A stretch of 19,892 nucleotides of DNA from Oligoflexus sp. (GTDB lineage: Bacteria; Bdellovibrionota_B; Oligoflexia; Oligoflexales; Oligoflexaceae): the NCBI GenBank assembly GCA_041736305.1, contig JBGSTX010000243.1:1-19892 (forward strand), read 5' to 3'. Shown piece after piece: positions 7,053 through 15,973 of the stretch. Numbering within the stretch: position 1 is the stretch's first letter; each line of letters starts with the position of its first letter. The position numbers and the translations under genes are program-made. The notes beneath the pieces are model-generated. The model saw only the letters and a list, made by a program, of their open reading frames with translations. It made no database searches and was not told the origin of the DNA.

Positions 7053-10000
7053 CTATGTAGAAATCTGCGAGCGGGAAAATTCTCGCAGGATGCCGAGCAA
7101 GGCTGATCCGTATTTATCAATTTTTACGGGACCGATCCCTTCGATCCCTTTCAGCTCAGCTTCCGTCGAAGGCTGAGCTTCAGCCAGAGCAGCGAGAGTT
7201 TTATCACTGAACACTCTAAAAGCCGGAACCCGCTCATCTTTAGCCTGACGCAGCCGCCAACCTCGAAGACGCTGAGCCAAGGGCGTATCAAGGTAGGCGC
7301 TCTGCGAAGCTCGTTGTTTTTGAGAGCGCTCAGCCGTATCTCGCCGCGCAGAGCTGCGCTTTCGCGTCTTGGAGCTGGGCAGCCTTTCGCTTTGCCGGAG
7401 ACGCTGCTTGGCTTCTCCCAAGACCTCTTGCATCGCTATGGTGCCCCAATCTGCAAAGGCGGCTTCAGCGCTAGTTAAACCCACGGCACGATATTCAATG
7501 ATTTTTTTGTCTTTGGTAAAACTTTCGACGGTGATCTGCACGAGTCCTTCGCGTTGCATGGCTTCGAGACAGCGCTCAAAAGACCGTCGATCGTCGCTAT
7601 CTAGAGACTCGCAAACAGTTTCTTGGACTCTCTTGAGAGAAGCCAGTCGAGGATAAGGCGGCAGATGCTTAGCCATAGCCTGCATCATGTCTACTTCGTC
7701 TTGCGAGGGAGTACGGGTAACGCGACTGAGGGAGCTGCTGGGATCACAAACATCACAGATACCACAGCGGCTGTGATCGGGGCTTTGATCGCCGAAATGT
7801 TGCAAAAACTGCAGCATGCGGCAATTCTGTCTAGTCTCTGCGAAGAGACCGATCAGCTTGACCTCATGTTCCTTGTGAGCTTTTTGTGCTGCATAAGTCT
7901 TCTGCCAGGGCTTGAGCAGAGGTCGAACCTGGTCATCCTGTGTAATATCGATAGCTCCGTGTACCCAGAGCTTTTCGAGAGCATTATCCAAGACCCCGAT
8001 TTCGTCTATCCACGGGATGGCAATGCGATTGATTCCAGTCTCGGGTATTTTTTTCAAGACGGACTGGAGTACCTCAAGTTCGGGATAGTTCTTTTTTACG
8101 AAGAACTGCCGCGTGCGATGATCGGCGTAGGAATAGAGCAATACGGCTCGCGAATATTTACCGTCGCGCCCAGCTCTCCCAATCTCCTGGTAATAGCTTT
8201 CCACGCTCGAAGGTAGGGCTGAATGGACGACGCAACGAATATCACTTTTATCGATACCCATACCAAAAGCTATGGTGGCGACAATCGCATCCAAGCGACC
8301 GGCAAGGAAGTCGCTTTGTACTTGGAGCCGCCGTTCAGGAGAGAAGCCTGCATGATAGGCAGCCACGCGAATCGATCCGCCGAGAAGATTGGCCAATTCT
8401 TCGGTCTCTTTCCGAGTCGGAGCATAAACTATCGCTGGCAAGCTTCCAGGAGATTTCAAAAGAGCTTTGATCAGCTGTGGCCGGTCGGGCACCGATACTT
8501 CAGAAATCTCTATAGCAATGTTCTTTCGCCTGAACCCGTGAATGTGCATCTTCGGGTTCTGCAGCCCAAGCTGCTGCTCGATATCCCGCTGCACCTCTGG
8601 GGTCGCCGTCGCCGTCATCGCCACGATAGGTGCTGGGCGCAGACGGGGTAGGCGCTGGACCAGCATGCGGTATTCCGGGCGAAAGTCATGACCCCACTGC
8701 GAGATACAGTGGGCCTCGTCCACGGCGACTAGGGAAGGGGGATGCTGCACCAAGAGTTCAAGAAATCCACTGAGCCCCAAGCGTTCGGGTGCTATGTAAA
8801 GCAGCTTGAGCCGACCGTCCAAATAGGAGCGAAACACCTCCTTCGAGGCCTCGCGGCTCATCCCGGAATGGAGGGCACCCGCTGCGATTCCGAGAGAGCG
8901 GAGCTTGCCCACCTGATCGTCCATGAGAGCAATCAAAGGACTGATCACGAGCGCCGTACCGGGGCGCATAAGGGCCGGTAGCTGATAGCAGAGAGACTTG
9001 CCGGCTCCCGTCGGCATGACTAGCAGGAGATCGTGACCGTCGATAATCTCACGGCAGATCTGCTCTTGGTGTTCGCGGAAAAGCTGATGCCCAAAAACCT
9101 GGAAGAGAGTTTCCCCAAGGCTCAGAGACTGAGAATGCAATATTTTCGATCCCTGCACGGACTTCTCCATTTTTTCAGACTCGAAAGCTCGTTGGCTTTC
9201 TTTTAGGGGCGGCTTACTTGCCTGGACTGGCATGGGCAGCGGTTCTCGACGCTGGCTGCGCATCGACTGAATAATTTCGCTGACAAACGTGCCAATTTCG
9301 TTCATGAAAGTGGCGAGGTCCAGCTCTCCTGCTTCAATCTTCTTAAGCTTCGCTTCCCATTCACCAGTCAGGGTTGCGCTCCGGACACTCGGATGAACGA
9401 CAGAAATAAGAAGCTTCCCTCGTTCCGTGGCCCAAAGACCCTTATCGCGGCGCTCAACGTAGGCCCGAAAGATGAGGTTTTCGAGAATGGCGGCGCGGGT
9501 AGCCGGCGTCCCGAGGCCCCGCTCCCGCAAAATATCGGATAGTTCTCGGTCATCGAGCCGACTGCCGGCCGACGCCATAGCGTTCAAGAGAGCTGCATCG
9601 GAGAGGGCTGGCGGGGGCTTGGTTTCTTTTGCCAGCGGTTTGACCTCTTTGAGTTCCAAGAGAGTTTCGGCCTGGACGTAGGGTAGGGGATCTTTTTCAC
9701 GCTGCGAACGCAGCTCGAGACGCTTCCAACCCAGCTGTACTACGCTGCTGCCGCTGCTGCGAAAGTGATGTTGAAAACTTTCTCTCTGTGCCTCTAGCTC
9801 GCCTGACTTAGGCTTCAGCACGGAGATGATCGTGCACTGGCTCGATACGAAATTCTCCTGCCAGACCATCAGGAGGCGTCTTGCAATTAAGTCGAACACT
9901 TTCGCTTCTTCTGGGCTCAGACGCGATGGCTTCTTCCCGCTGGGAATGATGGCGTGGTGATCGCCTATTTTTGCGTCATCAACGTACGTGCGACCGAGAG

Positions 10001-11102
10001 GTCGAAGCCCCGTGTCGGGGTGTAGACCCAGATTCCGGTAGGGGGCATCGATAGCTGCGACGACAGCGGAAAGCCCCTTAGCCACTGTCGAGCTGAGATA
10101 ACGGCTGTCAGAGCGCGGATAGGTGATGAGCTTATGCTTTTCGTAAAGCTTTTGTGCTAGGTCCAGAGTCTGCTTGGCTTGAAACCCGAAAATGCGATTG
10201 GCATCCTTCTGCAGTTCAGTCAGATCGTAGAGCCGCGGGGCCTGAACTTTGATTTCCTTGTCCTCGCGCTGCAGTACCCTTGCCTCGGCGTGCCTAGCAT
10301 CGAGCAAAATACGCGCGATCTCGGGATCGCCCTCCTTAAAACGGTGGGCTTCGCTCTTGGCCACGCGTTTCGCTCCGGGCTTCGGTCGAAAGTAGAGGCC
10401 TTTAAAGAGAGACTCAGCCAGAAAGCTCGCTTCAATCTCGAAATAGGCCTCAGGCACAAAATTTTCTATAGCCTCAGTCCGCTCGACGATGAGCGCCAGC
10501 GTCGGCGTCTGGACCCGCCCAACTGTCAGCGACTGATGCTGCTCTAGGGTGTAGGCGCGTGAGAGGTTCAAACCGACAAGCCAGTCGGCTCGGCTCCGAC
10601 CGCGCGCGTTATCCGCCAGACGATCGTAGTCTTTGAGCGGGCGCAGAGATTGGAAGGCCGCGTTGATACTCTCCTGGGTCAGGGACGACAGCCAAAGACG
10701 CAGGACCGGTTTGGTACACCCCGCCTTTTCATATATGTAACGAAAGATCAGTTCGCCTTCCCGACCAGCATCAGTTGCGGCAATAAGCTGCGTGACCGAA
10801 GGGCGATCCATGAGGCTCTTTAGCACCGCAAACTGATCTGCAGTCTGCTCAGAAACAACTAAAGGCCAACGATCTGGCAGCATAGGCAAATAGTTTTCCT
10901 GCCATTTTTGCCAAGCAGGATTTATGTCTTGAGGTTCAGCCAAAGTAACGAGGTGTCCAATGGCCCAGCTGATCAGGGTATCAGGCCCTTCAAAATAGCC
11001 ACGCCCTCGAGGCGCTATTCCAAGAGCCTGCGCGAGATCCCGAGCTACAGAAGGTTTTTCGCTTATGATTAGTCTCAAATGAATAAGCCTCATCCTAGTC
11101 AA
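7053..11102 (-). CDS. topB-recQ: DNA topoisomerase III (type IA) - RecQ helicase - HRDC fusion protein; start possibly TTG 11078
   Basis: Topoisomerase motifs: SEKPSVA, ATDAGREGELI, VGRVQTPT, catalytic LITYPRSD and GLGTPATRA. RecQ motifs: MPTGAGKS, DEAHCISQWGHDFRPEY, TATA, ATIAFGMGIDK, QEIGRAGRDG and Zn site CR…CGICDVC. HRDC: LRGWR…VPAFRVFSDKTL…GIGPVKIDKYG. One uninterrupted ORF. Confidence 0.93.
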   Translation of the reverse strand: MTRMRLIHLRLIISEKPSVARDLAQALGIAPRGRGYFEGPDTLISWAIGHLVTLAEPQDINPAWQKWQENYLPMLPDRWPLVVSEQTADQFAVLKSLMDRPSVTQLIAATDAGREGELIFRYIYEKAGCTKPVLRLWLSSLTQESINAAFQSLRPLKDYDRLADNARGRSRADWLVGLNLSRAYTLEQHQSLTVGRVQTPTLALIVERTEAIENFVPEAYFEIEASFLAESLFKGLYFRPKPGAKRVAKSEAHRFKEGDPEIARILLDARHAEARVLQREDKEIKVQAPRLYDLTELQKDANRIFGFQAKQTLDLAQKLYEKHKLITYPRSDSRYLSSTVAKGLSAVVAAIDAPYRNLGLHPDTGLRPLGRTYVDDAKIGDHHAIIPSGKKPSRLSPEEAKVFDLIARRLLMVWQENFVSSQCTIISVLKPKSGELEAQRESFQHHFRSSGSSVVQLGWKRLELRSQREKDPLPYVQAETLLELKEVKPLAKETKPPPALSDAALLNAMASAGSRLDDRELSDILRERGLGTPATRAAILENLIFRAYVERRDKGLWATERGKLLISVVHPSVRSATLTGEWEAKLKKIEAGELDLATFMNEIGTFVSEIIQSMRSQRREPLPMPVQASKPPLKESQRAFESEKMEKSVQGSKILHSQSLSLGETLFQVFGHQLFREHQEQICREIIDGHDLLLVMPTGAGKSLCYQLPALMRPGTALVISPLIALMDDQVGKLRSLGIAAGALHSGMSREASKEVFRSYLDGRLKLLYIAPERLGLSGFLELLVQHPPSLVAVDEAHCISQWGHDFRPEYRMLVQRLPRLRPAPIVAMTATATPEVQRDIEQQLGLQNPKMHIHGFRRKNIAIEISEVSVPDRPQLIKALLKSPGSLPAIVYAPTRKETEELANLLGGSIRVAAYHAGFSPERRLQVQSDFLAGRLDAIVATIAFGMGIDKSDIRCVVHSALPSSVESYYQEIGRAGRDGKYSRAVLLYSYADHRTRQFFVKKNYPELEVLQSVLKKIPETGINRIAIPWIDEIGVLDNALEKLWVHGAIDITQDDQVRPLLKPWQKTYAAQKAHKEHEVKLIGLFAETRQNCRMLQFLQHFGDQSPDHSRCGICDVCDPSSSLSRVTRTPSQDEVDMMQAMAKHLPPYPRLASLKRVQETVCESLDSDDRRSFERCLEAMQREGLVQITVESFTKDKKIIEYRAVGLTSAEAAFADWGTIAMQEVLGEAKQRLRQSERLPSSKTRKRSSARRDTAERSQKQRASQSAYLDTPLAQRLRGWRLRQAKDERVPAFRVFSDKTLAALAEAQPSTEAELKGIEGIGPVKIDKYGSALLGILREFSRSQIST

Positions 11103-11114
11103 GAGGATGAGACT
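11086..11114 (-). promoter_or_regulatory. Hairpin covering the putative RBS/start region of topB-recQ
   Basis: On the minus-strand mRNA, AGUCUCAUCCU-(7 nt)-AGGAUGAGGCU forms 11 bp with one G-U pair. Confidence 0.4.
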
Positions 11115-11238
11115 AGCACAGGAAAAGCCCTATTTCGAAGGACATCCACGCCTTGGGTCAGGGACGGCAGCATAGGCGGCCCGGCACCTTTCTCCTAGAT
11201 GAGGGTCCGGGCCTGCGACTCAAAGTCGCCGAGAGTTC

Positions 11239-12471
11239 TTAGGCTGAAGGAGGCTGCGGGAGCTGTCCGGCATGTTTCTCCTGGAAAAGGGTCCTGACCT
11301 GCGCTTCAAAGTCGCTGAGCACATTATTGAAAATCACGTGAGCATCGTAAGGCGACGCATAGGGATTGAAATACTTATGCACGTCTCCATCACTGAACCA
11401 CTTCGTACACATGTAGTAGAAATGATCGGAGGTTTGCAGCTTCCTGAAGGTATGCAGCAGCTCCGGACTGCGAACGGCTTTGACCAAAGTCTCGAGTGCA
11501 TAGAGTCTTTCGATCGAAGCATCCTGGATGTGATTGCCGAGCCACGCGCTCAGATCTCGATCCACATCGGCCCAAGAGACGTAATCAGGATAGGAGAGCT
11601 TGCCTATAGGCTGCTTATATTGCAGCACCTCGCGCGGCGTAGCGAAGTTGAAGTCTCCATGGGACAAGACGGCTGTAGGAAGGGCCCGCATGAATTCAAA
11701 GATACCCGATTCCGCCCATTGGTGCTCACCAAAGGTTTCGTAATCCATGAAGAGGTTAATGACCTCGCCATTGCCGGCGACTTGATGAATCCAGTCAGCA
11801 TAGGTGGCGGCAGTCAAAGGCCACGAAGGCCAGTCGCGATTGGAAAAGCGAAATGCTACGTCATCCGATAAGCGATAGTTCTTCAAGAGCAGGCCAAGCT
11901 TGCGGCAAGGCGCCGGCTGATAAACGAAGTTGGGTGAGCGCCAGTCGAGGATTCGATCGACACCTTCAGCTAAAATGCCTTTAAATCCTAGACTTTCCAC
12001 CTGCTGTGCGATGCTGTCGCTGAAGATGAGCTCCGTGTTTCGGAAGACTTGCGTCTCGTAATCAAAGAGCTCGCGCAGCTTATTCCGATGCAGCTCGATC
12101 TGGGCGCGAAACTCATCAGGCGAAAATACGCTCGAGAGCGAGTGATAGTAGGTCTCCGAGAGAAGTTCAACCGCTCCCGTATCGACCAACCTTTGAAAGG
12201 AGTCGATGACATCAGGCGCATAGAGTTCAAACTGCTCCAGACAAACGCCGCTGATAGAAAACGCTACACGAAAACGCCCCTGCCACTGGTGGATCAGGTC
12301 CAGCAGCAGCTGATTCATAGGACGGTAGCACTTTTCAGCAACCTTCAGCATGATCGAGCGATTCGCGTCGTGATCTTCATAGAAGTGATCGCGACCGATC
12401 CGAAAAAAATCGTAGTCTTTGCGGAGGCGAAAAGGCTGATGGACCTGAAAGTAGAAGCAGATGCTCGTCAT
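11239..12471 (-). CDS. Glycoside hydrolase family 57 (alpha-amylase-like)
   Basis: FYFQVHQP, ELLSETYYH, FRNTEL (nucleophile E), FMDYETFGEH (acid/base D) and LQTSDHFYY. ATGA overlap with the upstream GT4 gene. Confidence 0.92.
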   Translation of the reverse strand: MTSICFYFQVHQPFRLRKDYDFFRIGRDHFYEDHDANRSIMLKVAEKCYRPMNQLLLDLIHQWQGRFRVAFSISGVCLEQFELYAPDVIDSFQRLVDTGAVELLSETYYHSLSSVFSPDEFRAQIELHRNKLRELFDYETQVFRNTELIFSDSIAQQVESLGFKGILAEGVDRILDWRSPNFVYQPAPCRKLGLLLKNYRLSDDVAFRFSNRDWPSWPLTAATYADWIHQVAGNGEVINLFMDYETFGEHQWAESGIFEFMRALPTAVLSHGDFNFATPREVLQYKQPIGKLSYPDYVSWADVDRDLSAWLGNHIQDASIERLYALETLVKAVRSPELLHTFRKLQTSDHFYYMCTKWFSDGDVHKYFNPYASPYDAHVIFNNVLSDFEAQVRTLFQEKHAGQLPQPPSA

Positions 12472-13739
12472 CGTATCACCCTCTGGTAAATCAGTTTGAG
12501 TTGCTCCGCGACTCGATGCCAGGACATCCCCAGGAGAGTGGTCTCCTGCGCGCTGACCATTTCCGATTTAAGCCGCTTATTCTCGCAAAAATCTACCATC
12601 ATATCGGCAAGTGTGGCGATATCCCAGAAGTCGACCTGTACCGAATGCGGTAGAAGCTCCGCGGCCCCGGTTTGCTTGGAAACAATGACGGGAACGCTGT
12701 AGCGCATCGCTTCGAAGGGCGTGAGACCAAAGGGCTCCGACACCGAAGTCATCACGAAGAGGTCGGCCATACTATAGAGCCGATCGAGTGCCTCGCCGCG
12801 CAAGAAGCCGGTGAAATGAAAATTCTTCGTGATGCGCAGGGCAGCCGCCTCTTCGATCATGCGCGGCAGCATGTCTCCCGCGCCACACATCACAAAACGG
12901 TAATTGGGATGACGGGCGATGACGCGAGCGGCAGCGCGCAGAAAGTATTCGGGCCCCTTCTGCAGAGTAATACGCCCAACGAAAATAATGAGCTTCTCCC
13001 GAAACCCGCGTTCAATCGTATCGGGATCGATCAGCTTATCGTGAATCACCGCATTGTGAATCACATCGATCTTTTCATCGTCGATCTGATAGCGCTGCTT
13101 AAGGGTCTCTTTGGTGCGGTGGCTGACTGCGACGATCACATCGGCAGCATCTAGTCCCTGCTGTTCGATAGCGAGGATCCCAGGGTTAGGATGGTCGCCG
13201 GTTCTATCATATTCCGTAGCGTGGATATGCGCGACGAAAGGACGGCCAGAACGCTCTTTGGCGGCTATAGCTGCGGGAAAAGTCATCCAATCGTGAGCGT
13301 GGATCACATCGAAATCGCCTCGGGCACCCATGCGAAACCCGACTTCAGCAAAGCGCTGGACCTCATCGAAAAGGTTGTTGGCATAGTGGCCCGACATGGT
13401 GATGATGCTTTCCTGCTTGCCGTCGCCGTTTTTTTGAAGGTGCCTGACCCGCTCAAAGACCGGCGTATAATCCTCTTCGTTGAGGTAAGGCAGGAGGGGA
13501 GAGGAGACGGACCAGACCGTAACGTTTGGGGGTAGACTGAATTCCGGATCGAGCGCCTCGACTTCGTTGGCCGAAAGAACGCGATAGCCCTCGCGTGGCA
13601 CCGACTGTTCGGCTCGCGGCATGACGAAAATCACGTCCTCACCGCTTTCAGCCAGATGCTTGGTTATGCCGTAGCAGGCTGTGCCTAAGCCGCCGCTGAT
13701 CATAGGAGGAAATTCCCAACCAAACATCAGTACCCGCAT
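12468..13739 (-). CDS. Glycosyltransferase family 4 (glycogen/alpha-glucan synthase-like)
   Basis: MRVLMFGWEFPP..SGGLG, HAHDW, HIHATEYDR, FVGRITLQKG and SVSEPFGLTPFEAM (GT-B E-x7-E). Confidence 0.9.
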   Translation of the reverse strand: MRVLMFGWEFPPMISGGLGTACYGITKHLAESGEDVIFVMPRAEQSVPREGYRVLSANEVEALDPEFSLPPNVTVWSVSSPLLPYLNEEDYTPVFERVRHLQKNGDGKQESIITMSGHYANNLFDEVQRFAEVGFRMGARGDFDVIHAHDWMTFPAAIAAKERSGRPFVAHIHATEYDRTGDHPNPGILAIEQQGLDAADVIVAVSHRTKETLKQRYQIDDEKIDVIHNAVIHDKLIDPDTIERGFREKLIIFVGRITLQKGPEYFLRAAARVIARHPNYRFVMCGAGDMLPRMIEEAAALRITKNFHFTGFLRGEALDRLYSMADLFVMTSVSEPFGLTPFEAMRYSVPVIVSKQTGAAELLPHSVQVDFWDIATLADMMVDFCENKRLKSEMVSAQETTLLGMSWHRVAEQLKLIYQRVIR

Positions 13740-13757
13740 TATCTAAATCCTCGTTCT

Positions 13758-15728
13758 TCAAGATTGTTGGCCTATCTCAAGCAAGTCCATCAGTCGAATG
13801 AGTTCGGCCACGCTCCAGGCCTGTGAAATGCAGCCGTTGGGAGCGTAAGGCGGGTACGCGTCAAAGATTTCAGATACCCCCATAATACCCGCTTGCGAGA
13901 GGTGATCTGTCCATAGGGGTTCCAGATTTGTTCGCAAAAAGGCCTTCATCTCTGCATGGTCCTTCTCCTCGCTGACCCTTAGCATCCCCAGAGCATAATG
14001 ATAGACGAGCCAAGGCCATACTGTACCCTGATGATAGCTGCGGTCGCGCTGTGCAGAGCTGCCTTGATAGAAAGGCTCAAAGGCAGGATCGAGAGGGGCG
14101 AGCGTACGCAGGCCTACGGGCGTCAGGAGCTGAGCGGTGACCTTGTGCATGATGCTCCGCTGCTCGGCTATTCCGATCGGACTCCGCCGGAGACTTACAG
14201 CGAATATTTGATTGGGACGGAGCGAGGCATCGACAAAATTTTGATCGATGCAATCGGCAAGATAGCCGGCCTGAGGAAGCCAGAAACGAGCTTTAAAAGC
14301 CCGCGGCAAGCTCTCCAGCACGGGCATCAGCCGGGGAGAAAATTCCTGTGCCAGATCTTTGGCCAGCTCGTAGACGAAGCCAACGGCGTTGTACCAGAGG
14401 GCGTTGACTTCAACGGCTAGCCCCGAGCGGGGTGTGATAGGGAGCCCATTGACCTTGGCGTCCATCCAAGTCAGCTGAGTTCTCTTGTTTCCTGCATGGA
14501 GTAGACCCTCCCCATCCACGTGCGCGACGGGGCAACGGCCCTCGCAGAGATCGAGGAGTAGATTCTGGAGTTTGGGGAAGAGCTTGCCTAGAGCTTCCCT
14601 CGGGGCTCCGCTGCTTCGATAATCATCCAGAGCGGCGAACATCCAGAGTACAGCATCGATCGAACCATAGTTGGGTGCAGCTGTACCTGAGCCAAGGAAA
14701 TTGGGGATCAAGCCTTGTGAAGCTTGAGCCATAAAGGTCTCGACGACTTCGATGAGCCGCTCAGGCTGGCCCCGTGCCAGCGTTAGTCCCGGGAGGGCAA
14801 TCATAGCGTCGCGGCCCCACTCGCCAAACCAAGGGTAGCCGGCGGCGATGGAGAGCGCCCCATCGGCCCGTCGGACCATGAATTTTTCCGCTTCGTATTT
14901 GAGTTCTGCCTGCGGTGAAGGCGAAGAAGAGAAAGACTTTGCCAGCTGGACCCGCCGCTGCTCTTCCCGTTCCCAGTCTGTGCGCAGAGCCTGCGAGGCC
15001 GTAGGCACTAGGCCAAAGCCCAAGATCAGATCTTCCCCGAGACTGAGACTGGCTTCGAAAATCCCGGGACAAAACAGGTCTTCTTGATAATCGAAGCCTC
15101 GTTCTTGCTCGACCATATATTCGATCTGCTTGACCCAATAGGGTCCTGGGAAAAACTGCACCTGACGGTCGGCACTGACGTGTAGAGGAGGTTTCCCTGG
15201 CAAGGGTTCAATTTTCCAACCCTCTCCTTCGGGAAAAGTTTTAACCTGAAACTCAGCCGTCTCTTGCCTCAGGTGATGGTGGCTGCGATAGGCTAGGAGA
15301 GGGCGAAAAGTCAGCTGGGCGCTCTCACCTTCGATCATCCGGTAGCGGATGAGTACGACATCGGAGTCATGGAGGAGGAGCTGGCTGCGCTCGATCAGAA
15401 AAGAACCAACCCGATACCCGAGAGCTGGACAGTGATCATAGCGAAAATACTCGACATGATTATAGCCTTCGGGAAAATATACCGCATTGGGATGCTTGTT
15501 GGTAAAGAGGTCGATCGTTCGACCCCGATGAGTCAGGCTGGTTTCAAGCTTGGCGAGAAAATTAAACTTGTCTGCTAGATAGCCAGCATCGCTGATGAGG
15601 AGTCCATGATATCGACGCGTCGGGCAGTCCAAAATCGTATTCGAGCTGTAGCTGCCACGCGAGTTGGCGTCGAGCCACTCGCGCGAGAGAAGTGCCTGCA
15701 TTTTTTGCGAGGCTGCCTTGAGCAACAT
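13758..15728 (-). CDS. Amylo-alpha-1,6-glucosidase (GH133; GDE_N + GDE_C glycogen debranching enzyme, prokaryotic type)
   Basis: REWL…TRRYHGLL (GDE_N), AGYPWFGEWGRD, LTWMDAK…TPR.G.AVEVNALWYNA, RPNQ, LLTPVGLRTL, YHQGTVWPWL and SEIFD…GCISQAWSVAE. Confidence 0.93.
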   Translation of the reverse strand: MLLKAASQKMQALLSREWLDANSRGSYSSNTILDCPTRRYHGLLISDAGYLADKFNFLAKLETSLTHRGRTIDLFTNKHPNAVYFPEGYNHVEYFRYDHCPALGYRVGSFLIERSQLLLHDSDVVLIRYRMIEGESAQLTFRPLLAYRSHHHLRQETAEFQVKTFPEGEGWKIEPLPGKPPLHVSADRQVQFFPGPYWVKQIEYMVEQERGFDYQEDLFCPGIFEASLSLGEDLILGFGLVPTASQALRTDWEREEQRRVQLAKSFSSSPSPQAELKYEAEKFMVRRADGALSIAAGYPWFGEWGRDAMIALPGLTLARGQPERLIEVVETFMAQASQGLIPNFLGSGTAAPNYGSIDAVLWMFAALDDYRSSGAPREALGKLFPKLQNLLLDLCEGRCPVAHVDGEGLLHAGNKRTQLTWMDAKVNGLPITPRSGLAVEVNALWYNAVGFVYELAKDLAQEFSPRLMPVLESLPRAFKARFWLPQAGYLADCIDQNFVDASLRPNQIFAVSLRRSPIGIAEQRSIMHKVTAQLLTPVGLRTLAPLDPAFEPFYQGSSAQRDRSYHQGTVWPWLVYHYALGMLRVSEEKDHAEMKAFLRTNLEPLWTDHLSQAGIMGVSEIFDAYPPYAPNGCISQAWSVAELIRLMDLLEIGQQS

Positions 15729-15973
15729 GAGCCGCCCTTTCTCGCTGAAAATTGACCTTCTTCTTGAACCTTATAGAAAATAACGCTCAATCGAATGGAA
15801 TAAATATGTGTCGCCGATTGCCCTCTGTCCTGCATCATTAGAGGAATCGCAACAAAAATCAATAAGAGATTTCCCGAAGCTTATAGGCGCGGACCTTCCT
15901 TGTATTCGGGGACGCAGCCGCTGCTTCGCCATGCACAGGAGCAGGGAGGTCGCCGCTAAGCCAGTACCAGCCC

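Noticed and set aside
7053-11102. Reverse gyrase
   Set aside because: The domain order is topoisomerase then helicase, and the helicase has RecQ-specific motifs, a Zn site and HRDC.
11140-11215. SRP-RNA-like words (GGTCAGG…GCAGCA) and a GC hairpin (GGCCCGG/CCGGGCC)
   Set aside because: The SRP GNRA tetraloop helix is missing. The hairpin is imperfect and has no U-tract, so no ncRNA or terminator call is supportable.
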